DNA of 64,000 nucleotides from Verrucomicrobiales bacterium (GTDB lineage Bacteria; Verrucomicrobiota; Verrucomicrobiia; Verrucomicrobiales; V1-33): NCBI GenBank assembly GCA_031411295.1, contig JANOAV010000205.1, positions 1 to 64,000 of the forward strand, read 5' to 3'. Shown piece by piece: positions 19,564 to 28,632 of this stretch (position 1 is its first letter; each line of letters starts with the position of its first letter). The notes under the pieces were generated by a model. It saw only the letters and a program-made list of their open reading frames with translations, ran no database searches and was not told where the DNA came from. The position numbers and the translations under genes were made by a program.

Positions 19564-21819
19564 CTAACGGCGGGTGGCAACCTTCTCGGAAGATTTTTCC
19601 TTGGTGGTCGGGGCGGTGGCGGGAGACTGTTGCTTCAGCGCCTTCTCAATGCTGGCGAGCCGGGTGTCCTGCGCCTCGTTGACCGCGGTTGCTGCGGAGA
19701 GTTTCTTTTCCAGTGCGGCTTTGTCGTCCTCCAGTTGCTTTATCTTGGCCGCCTGCTGCTCGATCGTCCGATTCAGTTCCTGGGTTGCCGAAACGTTCAA
19801 CATGGAGATGGCCTCGTAGTCCACGGAGCGCAGATCATTCACCTGGTGGCCGTAGAGGAGGATCTTGCCATCCAGTTTATCCTTTAGCTGGAAACCATCC
19901 TTCGTCACCTCAGTGACCGTTGTCAGGCTGCAGCCGACGCCGCCGGCCTGCCGATTGTCTGACCAGACTTGGAGCACGTCCCCTTTTTTTACCGTCGCAG
20001 GCAATGCCTTGGTCAGGGTAACGAAGCCAACTTTGGCAGAGACGGTGGTCAGCAGATCGGGCACCGCCCCCGGCATGGTGCTGACGGCCTGCGGAAACAC
20101 CTCCTCCACCTGCTGGGCGATTACTTTCTTGTTCTGCCTTGGTTTCGCAGACTTGTCATCCTTCATCTTGTAGTCGGTGATCTGAACTTTCATGAGGGTG
20201 GCCAGATCAAGGGCGGCATTGCTCAGCCCTGTGATGTTTTTGATTCGCGCATCGGAGATAGCGGTAAAACGGTCCGCCACGATGCGCCCGCCTAAGGCCC
20301 CCAGAACGACATCACTTACAGTCTGAAAGCCGTTGGTTGCCTGAACCCCATCGTTTGTCAGAGTATCAGCGTTACCCCCGAGACCGTAGTTGGCGAACCT
20401 CCGCGCTGCTTGCAGATTGATCGGCCCGGTGAAGGTGGTGCCGCCTTCGGCAAAGATTGTGACTTGGCGGTTGTCTCCAGTGGTTCCGGCACCTACGATG
20501 TCGAGGCCGCCACTGAACCTCTTGTATGCGATGATTCCGGCGGAGCCTTCCTTGCCGCCAACGCCGTAGCCAAGCTCGATGGCCGTGCTGTTGCCACCTT
20601 CGCCCCGCAGCCGCAGCCCGGTGGCATCCAGCAAGGCCAGCGTGGTGCCGCCACCAGGGTTGTTTTCCCCGCCATTCCAGTTGCCACCCAGATACCAGGC
20701 GAAATTCCTCGCACTACGCGCGTAGGTGGTCCAGTCCTGGGAACCGAACGAATGTCCACCGCCAAAAGACTGGGCGAAGGGGCCGTGGCTCCCACGGTCA
20801 ATGATCCCGTTCAGCGTCCCGATCAGGGTTCCGTTTAGGGTTCCGTTCACGGTCCCGTTCAGGACGCTCCCGTTGTTCAAATTGATATTTCCCGCATTAA
20901 CGTTAATCCCACCGGCATTGATCTGCAGGCCCCCCGTGTTTACCGCCAAGCCGCCGCCGTTGAGCACGGCAAGATTCAGTCCGCCACCAGCGTCTCCTGC
21001 CCCATCCGCATGCGAGCCGCCCTGGAACCAAGCGAAGTTACCGGCGGTGCGTTGATACAGGGTGCCGCTCTGAATCCCCAGACCAAAGCCGTTGCCCCAC
21101 AAGTTAATGTGCTGCCCCAGTCTGTTAAAAAAGCTGATCGGGCCAGTGAAGTTGGTGCCACCTTTGGCTTCCATGAGGATTCTCCGGGAGTTATCATCGC
21201 CCCCCCGGCCATAGAGCCAAGTGTAGTCCGGAGTGGACAACAACGCCCCGTTCGCTCCGGCGGCACCACCGCCAAGGAAGATTTGGTTATTTCCATTCAT
21301 CACCAGGTTGCCGTTAAGGTAACTACCGTTGGCGTGGGTGATGTTGAAGGATGACTCGCCAGCGCTCTGCACCACGCTGGAGGCCACGTCGGCATTCCGC
21401 GCTCGCAAGGCATAGGCCGTGCTGACCACCTGCTGACGTGGGGAGACTTCCGGATCTGCCGTGGGCGTGCCGTCATCCACCGTTACGCCAAGGAAGCGTT
21501 CGGTGCCATTGTTACCGGCAAAAACATTGTTAAAGTCGCGCGGCTCGCTGCCCACCTGGAGCCCCGTGCCCAGCAGCACACTGAGCTGACCTTTGGAAAT
21601 GGTGGCGATCTGCTGCTCCGCATAAAGCGGGCTGCCGCCGGTGGCGCTGCTGTAAACTCGCAGGATCACGGTGCGGTTCACCGGCACATCATTGCCGATG
21701 GGCAAGCCGGAGGCGTCTGCCAAGCGAGCCTGATAGCTAATAAAGTTCGGGATACTGGTCTGGGCAGAAGCAACGGTGGCGCACAGGATAGGGATAAGGC
21801 TAAGGAGCGAAGGTTTCAT
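19564..21819 (-). CDS. Secreted tail-fibre-like protein with C-terminal peptidase S74 intramolecular chaperone
   Basis: Signal peptide MKPSLLSLIPILCATVASA, 'IPNFISYQARLADASG' N-domain, Gly/Asn-rich repeats, 'FTAISDARIKNI...VDYEAISMLNVSATQEL' and terminal coiled coil. Alternative start 21858. Confidence 0.85.
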   Translation of the reverse strand: MKPSLLSLIPILCATVASAQTSIPNFISYQARLADASGLPIGNDVPVNRTVILRVYSSATGGSPLYAEQQIATISKGQLSVLLGTGLQVGSEPRDFNNVFAGNNGTERFLGVTVDDGTPTADPEVSPRQQVVSTAYALRARNADVASSVVQSAGESSFNITHANGSYLNGNLVMNGNNQIFLGGGAAGANGALLSTPDYTWLYGRGGDDNSRRILMEAKGGTNFTGPISFFNRLGQHINLWGNGFGLGIQSGTLYQRTAGNFAWFQGGSHADGAGDAGGGLNLAVLNGGGLAVNTGGLQINAGGINVNAGNINLNNGSVLNGTVNGTLNGTLIGTLNGIIDRGSHGPFAQSFGGGHSFGSQDWTTYARSARNFAWYLGGNWNGGENNPGGGTTLALLDATGLRLRGEGGNSTAIELGYGVGGKEGSAGIIAYKRFSGGLDIVGAGTTGDNRQVTIFAEGGTTFTGPINLQAARRFANYGLGGNADTLTNDGVQATNGFQTVSDVVLGALGGRIVADRFTAISDARIKNITGLSNAALDLATLMKVQITDYKMKDDKSAKPRQNKKVIAQQVEEVFPQAVSTMPGAVPDLLTTVSAKVGFVTLTKALPATVKKGDVLQVWSDNRQAGGVGCSLTTVTEVTKDGFQLKDKLDGKILLYGHQVNDLRSVDYEAISMLNVSATQELNRTIEQQAAKIKQLEDDKAALEKKLSAATAVNEAQDTRLASIEKALKQQSPATAPTTKEKSSEKVATRR

Positions 21820-21880
21820 GGTGGCAGCGATTTTAGTTAGGTTTGAAATGGGATTCATGAGCAGGTTGGCGGAAATGGCA

Positions 21881-23548
21881 TCAGGGGGTTGTGGTCGTCA
21901 GGGTGCCCAGTTCGCTGACGCGACGCAGGACGAAAGTTCCGGTGGCGGTAATCGGGTCCTTGCGGACGCCGGTAACCGTTTCTGAGTAGGTGCCGGCAAG
22001 GGTGCGGCTACCCCAACTGGCACTGAATTCGGCGGGCGGGGTGCTCGCGACGCTGAAGGTGACGGCACGGTTGACAGTCCAGCTTTCGACCCCATTGCCC
22101 ACCGGATTGAAGCGGGCGTCCTTGTTATCATGGTCCGGATGATACTGGTGGACAAACGGGTTGGTGGGATCATTGAAGGGCAAATTAATGGTGCCGGTAA
22201 TGCTGCCGCCAGGGCCAAAGCCCCCTGCGGCCAGGACGGTTCGGTCCAGCGGCATGTGGGCGGCGGTGAGGCGGCGGGCGGTGCCCAGTGATTCCGGCTG
22301 CAGTGCCGTTTCCGTGGTGGCGATGCCAGGTGCCCCATCCACGCCCTTGAGCACGCCAAGGTAAGCCGCTGAGAGCAGAGTAGCGCGGCCCGCATCATCC
22401 ACATGAATGAGGTAACGCAGCGGGAAGCTGCGGGAAGTGCCAGTGCCGGGGAAACCAGACACCTTGCTCTGCACATCCGTTAGTTCTGCATCGCCCACCC
22501 AGAGCCCGGCCAAGCTGGCATTACCGGCGGAGACCGGCAGATGCACGTCCATCATGTTTGCGGCATCGGTAATCCGGAGCAGGGACGCGTAGAGCGCGCC
22601 CGGGCCCCCCACCATGGCCGTGCGGTCCACGCCAAAGTTCAGCGTAATCGTAGCATTGGCAGCCACTGGCGCGGTGAAGGGTGCGGAGATGCGGGTATCC
22701 TCAAACTGATTGTTCGTGGTATTGAAGCTCCGACGGGTCAGGGCCACCGGGCCGACGACCGGGGTCTGTCCCGCAGGGGCGGCTTCGGAATTGAGGAGGT
22801 CGAGCGTCAGGGTCTGGGTGACGGCGGTGCGATTGCGAATGGTGAGGGTGATGGAGGAACCCTGCCGGCCAAAATTTAGCCCCGTGGGTTCACTGAGCGT
22901 GATCGCGAGGGGCCCGATGAAATCACCCACGGTGCGCGCCTCAAACCAATACGCTTGCGTGGCATCCAAGCGGTCCGTCGTCGGAGCAAACAAACGGGCC
23001 GGATTATTGGCATTGAGCGGTCCGCCCTGATAACGGTAAATTTTGGAGCTGGTGGCGGCCGAAAACGTCGCAAAATAATTGGCGAAGGTCGGAAAGGTCG
23101 CGCCGTTTTTTTTCGCAGGAAAGCCCAGCAAGTTGGCCCCGGTGCGCACCCAGTTAAGCACGGGCGGTTCGACGCGTTGCTTGATGGGCAGGACCAGCAC
23201 TGCCGGGGCGCTATCACGGGTTTTGATGAGATAGGAAGTCTGCCCGGTCAGGAGCGCCAAGTCACTGTATTGCGGCTGCCCCCGCCGCCACACGCTCCAC
23301 TCCGGTGAGCCCGGCGTGGGATCGCTGGGGGAGGAGGTGAACTGGACAGAGGCGGGATTGGGATTCCAGCGCCACACTTCGACCACATCCGGTTGATTAG
23401 CGAAGTGCTGGTCAGGGGTAAGATAGGTGGCATCCCCATTTAGATAAAGGGAGTTCCAGCCGGGTTTCAGGCTGTATTCGGTCGTGCGCCATTGCGCATG
23501 GGCCGCCGTGACGAGGACGAACAGGAAAAGAGGGATGGGAGATCTCAT
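21881..23548 (-). CDS. Secreted beta-rich hypothetical protein with NPFVHQYHPDHDN motif
   Basis: Signal peptide ending AAHA, 'LKPGWN' and 'GANLLGFP' modules, Ig-like middle, His-rich motif near C-terminus. ATGA overlap with the upstream gene. Confidence 0.8.
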   Translation of the reverse strand: MRSPIPLFLFVLVTAAHAQWRTTEYSLKPGWNSLYLNGDATYLTPDQHFANQPDVVEVWRWNPNPASVQFTSSPSDPTPGSPEWSVWRRGQPQYSDLALLTGQTSYLIKTRDSAPAVLVLPIKQRVEPPVLNWVRTGANLLGFPAKKNGATFPTFANYFATFSAATSSKIYRYQGGPLNANNPARLFAPTTDRLDATQAYWFEARTVGDFIGPLAITLSEPTGLNFGRQGSSITLTIRNRTAVTQTLTLDLLNSEAAPAGQTPVVGPVALTRRSFNTTNNQFEDTRISAPFTAPVAANATITLNFGVDRTAMVGGPGALYASLLRITDAANMMDVHLPVSAGNASLAGLWVGDAELTDVQSKVSGFPGTGTSRSFPLRYLIHVDDAGRATLLSAAYLGVLKGVDGAPGIATTETALQPESLGTARRLTAAHMPLDRTVLAAGGFGPGGSITGTINLPFNDPTNPFVHQYHPDHDNKDARFNPVGNGVESWTVNRAVTFSVASTPPAEFSASWGSRTLAGTYSETVTGVRKDPITATGTFVLRRVSELGTLTTTTP

Positions 23549-24405
23549 TGGGCAATTAAACGGTAAAATTCACGGGCTTCGGATTCCGGCACGACGTAAG
23601 CCACGATTTGATCGACGTCGGTCGCCACGAAGACTTCATTGGGAAAGCCAGGCACGCCCACGGAGTAAGGCACCGTGGCCCAAGTGAAGAGATTGGTGGT
23701 CCGCTGGATCTTGTAGGATTTTCCCGGGACGGACTTGAAGGACAACTTGGCTTGACCGGGCTTCTTCTCGAAGATGGTTAAGGAAATGTAGTCCTTGCCG
23801 TCGCACGCGTAAGTCCCGGCAATGTATTCCGCGTAGTCCGTCTGGCCATCTTTATCGATGTCGCCATTCCGTGAGAGCAGGGTCAGATCATAGCCATTCG
23901 GCCCGGGTGGAATATTGCAGAGGGAGAGTTGATACTCCTCCCAGAGATCCGGCAGCCCGTCCCCATCCGAGTCGGCTCCAATCGTGAAATCAAACCGATC
24001 CCGTTCACTCCCGCCGCCGGCGGTCAAGCTGCCGGCCACCGCCAAAGGATAGTAACGTTGTCCGCCGAACTCCACGGCCATGGTAAACCCATTGCGCGCA
24101 ATCACGGCCTCCTCCCGGTAGATCGTGGTCGAAGGCCGCAGCATATCAATGGGGATGCGCAGCTCATAGTTCTGATCCGCCCGGGTGGTGCCTGTCACCG
24201 GAGCCTTCAGCACCACCTCCGCTCCTTTGATAAGCACAATTTGTGCATCCGCCGCTGTGAGCACATTACCGATTTCATCCCGCACGGTGCCATAAATCGT
24301 GTAGAAGGGAGCAGGCGGAAAAGCCAGCGTAGCACCCAGTAAAATCGCGCCCAGGCACAGGCTGAGGAGTAATCGAAGCGGAGAGTGAATGAAGGTCATA
24401 CTCAT
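23545..24405 (-). CDS. Secreted protein with TSP3-like Ca-binding repeats and C-terminal 'FYRL' domain
   Basis: Signal peptide, 'TIYGTVRD' Ig/prealbumin-like domain, 'DSDGDGLPDLWE' and 'DIDKDGQTDYAE', tail 'GKSYKIQRTTNLFTW...EFYRLIAQ'. Confidence 0.8.
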   Translation of the reverse strand: MSMTFIHSPLRLLLSLCLGAILLGATLAFPPAPFYTIYGTVRDEIGNVLTAADAQIVLIKGAEVVLKAPVTGTTRADQNYELRIPIDMLRPSTTIYREEAVIARNGFTMAVEFGGQRYYPLAVAGSLTAGGGSERDRFDFTIGADSDGDGLPDLWEEYQLSLCNIPPGPNGYDLTLLSRNGDIDKDGQTDYAEYIAGTYACDGKDYISLTIFEKKPGQAKLSFKSVPGKSYKIQRTTNLFTWATVPYSVGVPGFPNEVFVATDVDQIVAYVVPESEAREFYRLIAQ

Positions 24406-24408
24406 GTA

Positions 24409-24434
24409 TTACCGGTCGGCGGGCAATCCTTACA
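24409..24434 (-). promoter_or_regulatory. Putative ECF-sigma promoter TGTAAGG-N13-CGGTAA
   Basis: Same bipartite motif and spacing as at 28098-28123. Lies 3 nt upstream of the first operon ATG. Confidence 0.55.
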
Positions 24435-24513
24435 CGATAAGTGAAAAAAGTTTTCGTATGCGCCCTTCAACCGCTCTGAGGCATGCTCCAGACCTGAAAC
24501 TAGCCCCCGTGAT

Positions 24514-27500
24514 TTATTCCCCGGTCCCCACGCTGCGGTCTTCCTTCGCTGCCTCACTAAGCACGCGTCGGGCCCATGCTGCATAGGGATTGGCGGGCTC
24601 GGTTAGGGTGATCTGAGATTCGATTTGGTTCAGGCTGCGCTGCGGCACGAGCCGGATTTCACCGTGTTCGTCGATGCGCATTTGGGCGAGCATTTCCAGG
24701 AACTCAGGCAGCCATACGGGGGCGCGGGTGCGCGGCTGCGGGATGCTCCAGAGCGCGCCGTAATTCATGGAATAACCCAGAAACACCTGACTGCCGTCGC
24801 GGTTGACGATGGCCCGCCAGTTTTCGCTATCCATGCCAAGGCCGCCGGACATCGGCTCATGATAGTGGATGCTCACTGGCTCCGCAGTGGCGGTATCCCA
24901 AAAACGGAAGCCGGATAAGTCGTTCACCAGCAAGGTGGCACCGTCGGCGGTGAAGCGCACTGTGAGGCAGGTCCGGCCCTGCGGGAGCGGGGCGCTGGCG
25001 GGCGTCCCGGTGCGCGGATCCCAGAGGCGGGCGGTGCCATCCCGGGAAGCGGTGGCAAGGCGCGTGCCATCTGGGCTGAACTCCAAATGAGAAAGCTCTC
25101 CCAGATGGGCCATGGGCAGCCCCACGGGCTGGCCGGTGCCCGCGTCCCAGACCCGCGCCGTGGTATCGTAGGAAGCGGTGGCCACATAACGGCTATCGCG
25201 GGACCAGGCACCGGCAATGATGGTGTGGGCATGCCCGGCAAAGGTGCGGAGTTTCGCTCCCGTGCGCAGATCCCAGAGATGCGCCAACCGGTCCGTCGAG
25301 GCGGAAAGAAACCGGCCGCTGCCATCCGGGGCAAAGCGCAGCAGCTTCACCTCGCCGGGATGGTCCAACGTCCTGACGAGGGCTCCCCTGGCGGTATCGT
25401 AAATGCGGATGTGCCCGTCATTATGCCCGGCAATAATACGGGTGCCGTCCGGAGAGAGGGCGCCGGGACGGATCATGCCGGGCTGCTGGTGCGGCTGCCA
25501 AAGCGGAGCCCCGGTTTCCAGCGACCACCCGTGAAGCCAGCCATTCGCGGTGAGGGCATAACATTTCCGCGCGTCGGGCGAAAACAATGTGACATAAACC
25601 TGGCCTTCGGTGGGCGCATCCAGCACCACCCGTCCGGTGGCCGTTTCATAAATGCGGCAGCGGACGTCCGGATAAATCCCGAGTGCGGCCAGTCGTCCGT
25701 CGGGGCTGAGGGAGGAGCTATTGAAATCACGCTGCCCCTCCACATGATGGCGCTCCGGATCCACCTTGCGGCTGCCCCGCCACACTTGGATCGCAGAGCG
25801 CGGACCGTCGGACATGGAACGCTGGACGAGCACGCGGCGCGCATCATGAGAGAGGGAAACATGTATGGAGGTCCGGGAGGCCCCCAGCCAGAAGGGATTG
25901 AGCAGGCGCTGCCCGGTCCGTGCGTCCCAGAGCATAGCGAAGCCATCCCCGCCACAGCTGAGCACGCTGCGCCCATCCCGCGAGGAGACGAGCTGGGTCA
26001 CATCGTAGTGGTGCTGCATGGGAGGGGATACCGGCAGGCCCGAGTCCGCGTCGTAAACCGCGAGTTCGTGGGAGTGTCCGGAGAGAGTGACCCGGGTGCC
26101 GGTGAGGTCGATGGACACTTTCTGCAAGACGGTTAGGGAGCTGGCGATTTCCCGCACGGCCCGGCGGCTGGCCACGTCCCAAATCCGGGCCACGAATTCG
26201 CTCTCGATCAACGCCACGCGCGACCCGCCCGCTCCGAGGGAGCCGTTCCGGAACTGGTCCGCCGTTTCCACCCGCAGCAGGTTGGCTCCGGTTGCCGTTT
26301 CGCAGACCACTGCCTCTTTCGCATTCCAGGCGAGAAAGCGAGAGCCATCCGCCGTGAGGTCCACGCCTTTCCATGCGCCCTCTAACGTGAAAGCCGGCGC
26401 GGTCGGCGTAGGCCCCTGCGTCAACCACACCTCGATGCGCTCCCTGAACAGGGCTAGCAGATGCGAGCCATCCGCGGAAAAACGCAGTTCCAGAACCGGC
26501 CCGGTCCCCTGGCGGGGCAATACCTGCGCAGGCTCCGCCGGGCTGGGGTAAAGCTGAAGCGTGCCGTCCGCCAGCGCCACCGCCAGCGCGATGGGCCCGC
26601 CGCTGACCGCCAAGGCCGCGACCGGGGATGGTTGCGGAAGTTGGGCGGTTTCCCTGCCCGAGGCCCCGTCCCACAACCGCACCATCCGGTCTTCTCCCGC
26701 TGCCGCTAGCCACGTGCCATCTGGTGCCAGCATGGCCGGGGCAGTCAGTTTCGACGGGGGCAGAATCTCCGGTCCCGCCTGCACGGGAAAGGAGTGTTGT
26801 TCGACAATCGACATGGCATACATCACGGCCTGCCAGCGGTCGGGACGCTCCCGGATCAAGGACGCAAGATAGGCCAGCGCACGGGAGGTCTGCCCCTCGT
26901 CCAGCCAACGCCCGATCTCCTGCCACTGTAAATGCGCGAGGGATTTTTCCTGGGCGGCCCGGGCCTGTTCGGTCTTGCGCCACTGCCAGACGATGCCTCC
27001 CACGCCCGAAATGAACAACGTGAGACAAGCCACCAGCAGCGCGGCCATTGCGGGACGGCGCTGCGCCCAGCGCCAGACCCTTGCGGCGGGCGCGAGCGGC
27101 ACCGCCGAGACCGGTTCGCCACGGCTAAAGCGTTCTAAATCCTCCGCCAGCATAGCCGCCGAGGCATAGCGGTCCGTTGGCGTTTTCGCCAGACACTTCA
27201 GGCACACCGTGTGCAGATCCAACGGCACCTCGGTGAGAGGTGGCGGCGCGTCCTCCGCCACCTGCCGCGCGATGTCGATCACGGACTTGCCAACAAACGG
27301 CGGCCTGCCAGCCAGCAGCTCATAGAGCACTGCGCCAATGCCATATATGTCCGTTGTCGTCGTGACCTCCTGCAACCGCCCACCCGTCTGCTCCGGTGCC
27401 ATATAGCTCGGACTGCCCAGCATCACTCCGGATACCGTCAGCGTGCCATCCGCCGCGTCCAGCAACTTCGCCAAGCCGAAATCCGTCACCTGAGGGCCAT

Positions 27501-28071
27501 GCTCCGCGTCCCACAATATGTTCGACGGCTTCAGATCCCGATGCAAGACCCCGCGTTCGTGCGCGTGCGCCACCGCCCGAGCCACTTGGGCTACCGCAGT
27601 GGCAATGGCGCGGAAATCTTTCCGATGCTCGCCCGCCCATTGCGCAATATTTCGTCCGCCCGGCACGAGTCTCATGGCCAGATACGGTTGCAAATCATGC
27701 TCCCCGGCCTCATAAATGGAAACGATATTCCCATGATGCAACCCTGCCGCAGCCAGCGCTTCGGTGTGAAACATCGCCCGTGCTTCTTTGCTGGCCATTT
27801 CGCCAGACAAGATTAGTTTGATCGCCACCTCCCGCTGCAAACTAACCTGTCGCGCCCGGTAAACGACACCCATGCCGCCACGAGAGATTTCCTCCAGCAA
27901 ATCATAATCGCCCCAGCGTTGATTCGTCAACGGCCCCACGGAGACCGCGTCATCGAAGGGTGAATCCGTCGCCAAGCTCAACAAGCACAGTGGGCATGGG
28001 GAACCAGCGACGCGCAAGCGCGTCCCACAAACATCGCAAAACTGCGTGATCGGCGGATCTGATTCAGGCAT
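24514..28071 (-). CDS. Membrane Hanks-type Ser/Thr kinase with N-terminal Zn ribbon and WD40 repeats
   Basis: CDVC...CPLC, 'RGGMGVVY', 'VAIK', 'HRDLKPSN', 'DFG', 'APE', one TM helix, many 'ATAS.D.TAR.WD' WD40 repeats. Confidence 0.95.
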   Translation of the reverse strand: MPESDPPITQFCDVCGTRLRVAGSPCPLCLLSLATDSPFDDAVSVGPLTNQRWGDYDLLEEISRGGMGVVYRARQVSLQREVAIKLILSGEMASKEARAMFHTEALAAAGLHHGNIVSIYEAGEHDLQPYLAMRLVPGGRNIAQWAGEHRKDFRAIATAVAQVARAVAHAHERGVLHRDLKPSNILWDAEHGPQVTDFGLAKLLDAADGTLTVSGVMLGSPSYMAPEQTGGRLQEVTTTTDIYGIGAVLYELLAGRPPFVGKSVIDIARQVAEDAPPPLTEVPLDLHTVCLKCLAKTPTDRYASAAMLAEDLERFSRGEPVSAVPLAPAARVWRWAQRRPAMAALLVACLTLFISGVGGIVWQWRKTEQARAAQEKSLAHLQWQEIGRWLDEGQTSRALAYLASLIRERPDRWQAVMYAMSIVEQHSFPVQAGPEILPPSKLTAPAMLAPDGTWLAAAGEDRMVRLWDGASGRETAQLPQPSPVAALAVSGGPIALAVALADGTLQLYPSPAEPAQVLPRQGTGPVLELRFSADGSHLLALFRERIEVWLTQGPTPTAPAFTLEGAWKGVDLTADGSRFLAWNAKEAVVCETATGANLLRVETADQFRNGSLGAGGSRVALIESEFVARIWDVASRRAVREIASSLTVLQKVSIDLTGTRVTLSGHSHELAVYDADSGLPVSPPMQHHYDVTQLVSSRDGRSVLSCGGDGFAMLWDARTGQRLLNPFWLGASRTSIHVSLSHDARRVLVQRSMSDGPRSAIQVWRGSRKVDPERHHVEGQRDFNSSSLSPDGRLAALGIYPDVRCRIYETATGRVVLDAPTEGQVYVTLFSPDARKCYALTANGWLHGWSLETGAPLWQPHQQPGMIRPGALSPDGTRIIAGHNDGHIRIYDTARGALVRTLDHPGEVKLLRFAPDGSGRFLSASTDRLAHLWDLRTGAKLRTFAGHAHTIIAGAWSRDSRYVATASYDTTARVWDAGTGQPVGLPMAHLGELSHLEFSPDGTRLATASRDGTARLWDPRTGTPASAPLPQGRTCLTVRFTADGATLLVNDLSGFRFWDTATAEPVSIHYHEPMSGGLGMDSENWRAIVNRDGSQVFLGYSMNYGALWSIPQPRTRAPVWLPEFLEMLAQMRIDEHGEIRLVPQRSLNQIESQITLTEPANPYAAWARRVLSEAAKEDRSVGTGE

Positions 28072-28097
28072 AAGGAAATCGTAAGTATGCTCAGTTC

Positions 28098-28123
28098 TTA
28101 ACGCAAGTCAGCCAAACCTTACA
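28098..28123 (-). promoter_or_regulatory. Putative ECF-sigma promoter TGTAAGG-N13-CGTTAA
   Basis: 26 nt upstream of the kinase ATG; matches the motif at 24409-24434. Confidence 0.55.
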
Positions 28124-28154
28124 AGGAAATCTAAATCTCCACGGCTTTGTGGTC

Positions 28155-28466
28155 TCAGTTTTTGCTGCCCCCCAACACCTGCAATGCCCAAACTAAATAC
28201 TCATCAGCTGAGGATGCCTGCAGCCGCTTAATGAACTCTACCGGTGGCACATGGGGTATCAAACTCAGGGCGCCTTGCTGGTCGAGTTGCATCTGAGCCA
28301 GCATCTCCAGGAAATCGGGGAACCATTCAGGGGTGTATTCCCGTGGTTGGGGGATAGGCCAATAGGCACCGTCATTCTTGGCGTAGCTGAGGAAGACATG
28401 CCTGCTGTCAGGCGTTAGGAAAGAATGCCATGATTCACTATCGATGGCAAATCCGGCTACTTTCTG
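28155..28466 (-). pseudogene. C-terminal remnant of a paralogous WD40 kinase
   Basis: Start-less frame 'GFAIDSESWHSFLTPDSRHVFLSYAKNDGAYWPIPQP...WFPDFLEMLAQMQLDQQG...YLVWALQVL' aligns by eye with the kinase tail 'GLGMDSENWRAIVNRDGSQVFLGYSMNYGALWSIPQP...WLPEFLEMLAQMRIDEHG...YAAWARRVL'. Confidence 0.88.
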
Positions 28467-28522
28467 TCAAGCCTCCGGCTTGATTCCGATAAGACTTCCT
28501 CTTGAACGCACCTTTGAATAGG

Positions 28523-28552
28523 CGAGTGTAGCAGCAGTCGGCTCGACTGCTG
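28523..28552 (+). repeat. REP-like hairpin, family 3 copy A
   Basis: CGAGTGTAG-CAGCAGTCG-GCT-CGACTGCTG; 28/29 identical to 49999-50027. Confidence 0.75.
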
Positions 28553-28632
28553 TAATCCTCAGGCGCTGCGACTCTCGCCTGCGGTCAGGAAACTGGCTTG
28601 CTTTCAGGTCGCGCAGCCGTGAAACTCCGGCC

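Noticed and set aside
10760..28071. Prophage, tailocin or eCIS interpretation of the fibre locus
   Set aside because: No capsid, terminase, sheath, tube, baseplate, integrase or lysis genes, and the proteins have Sec signal peptides.
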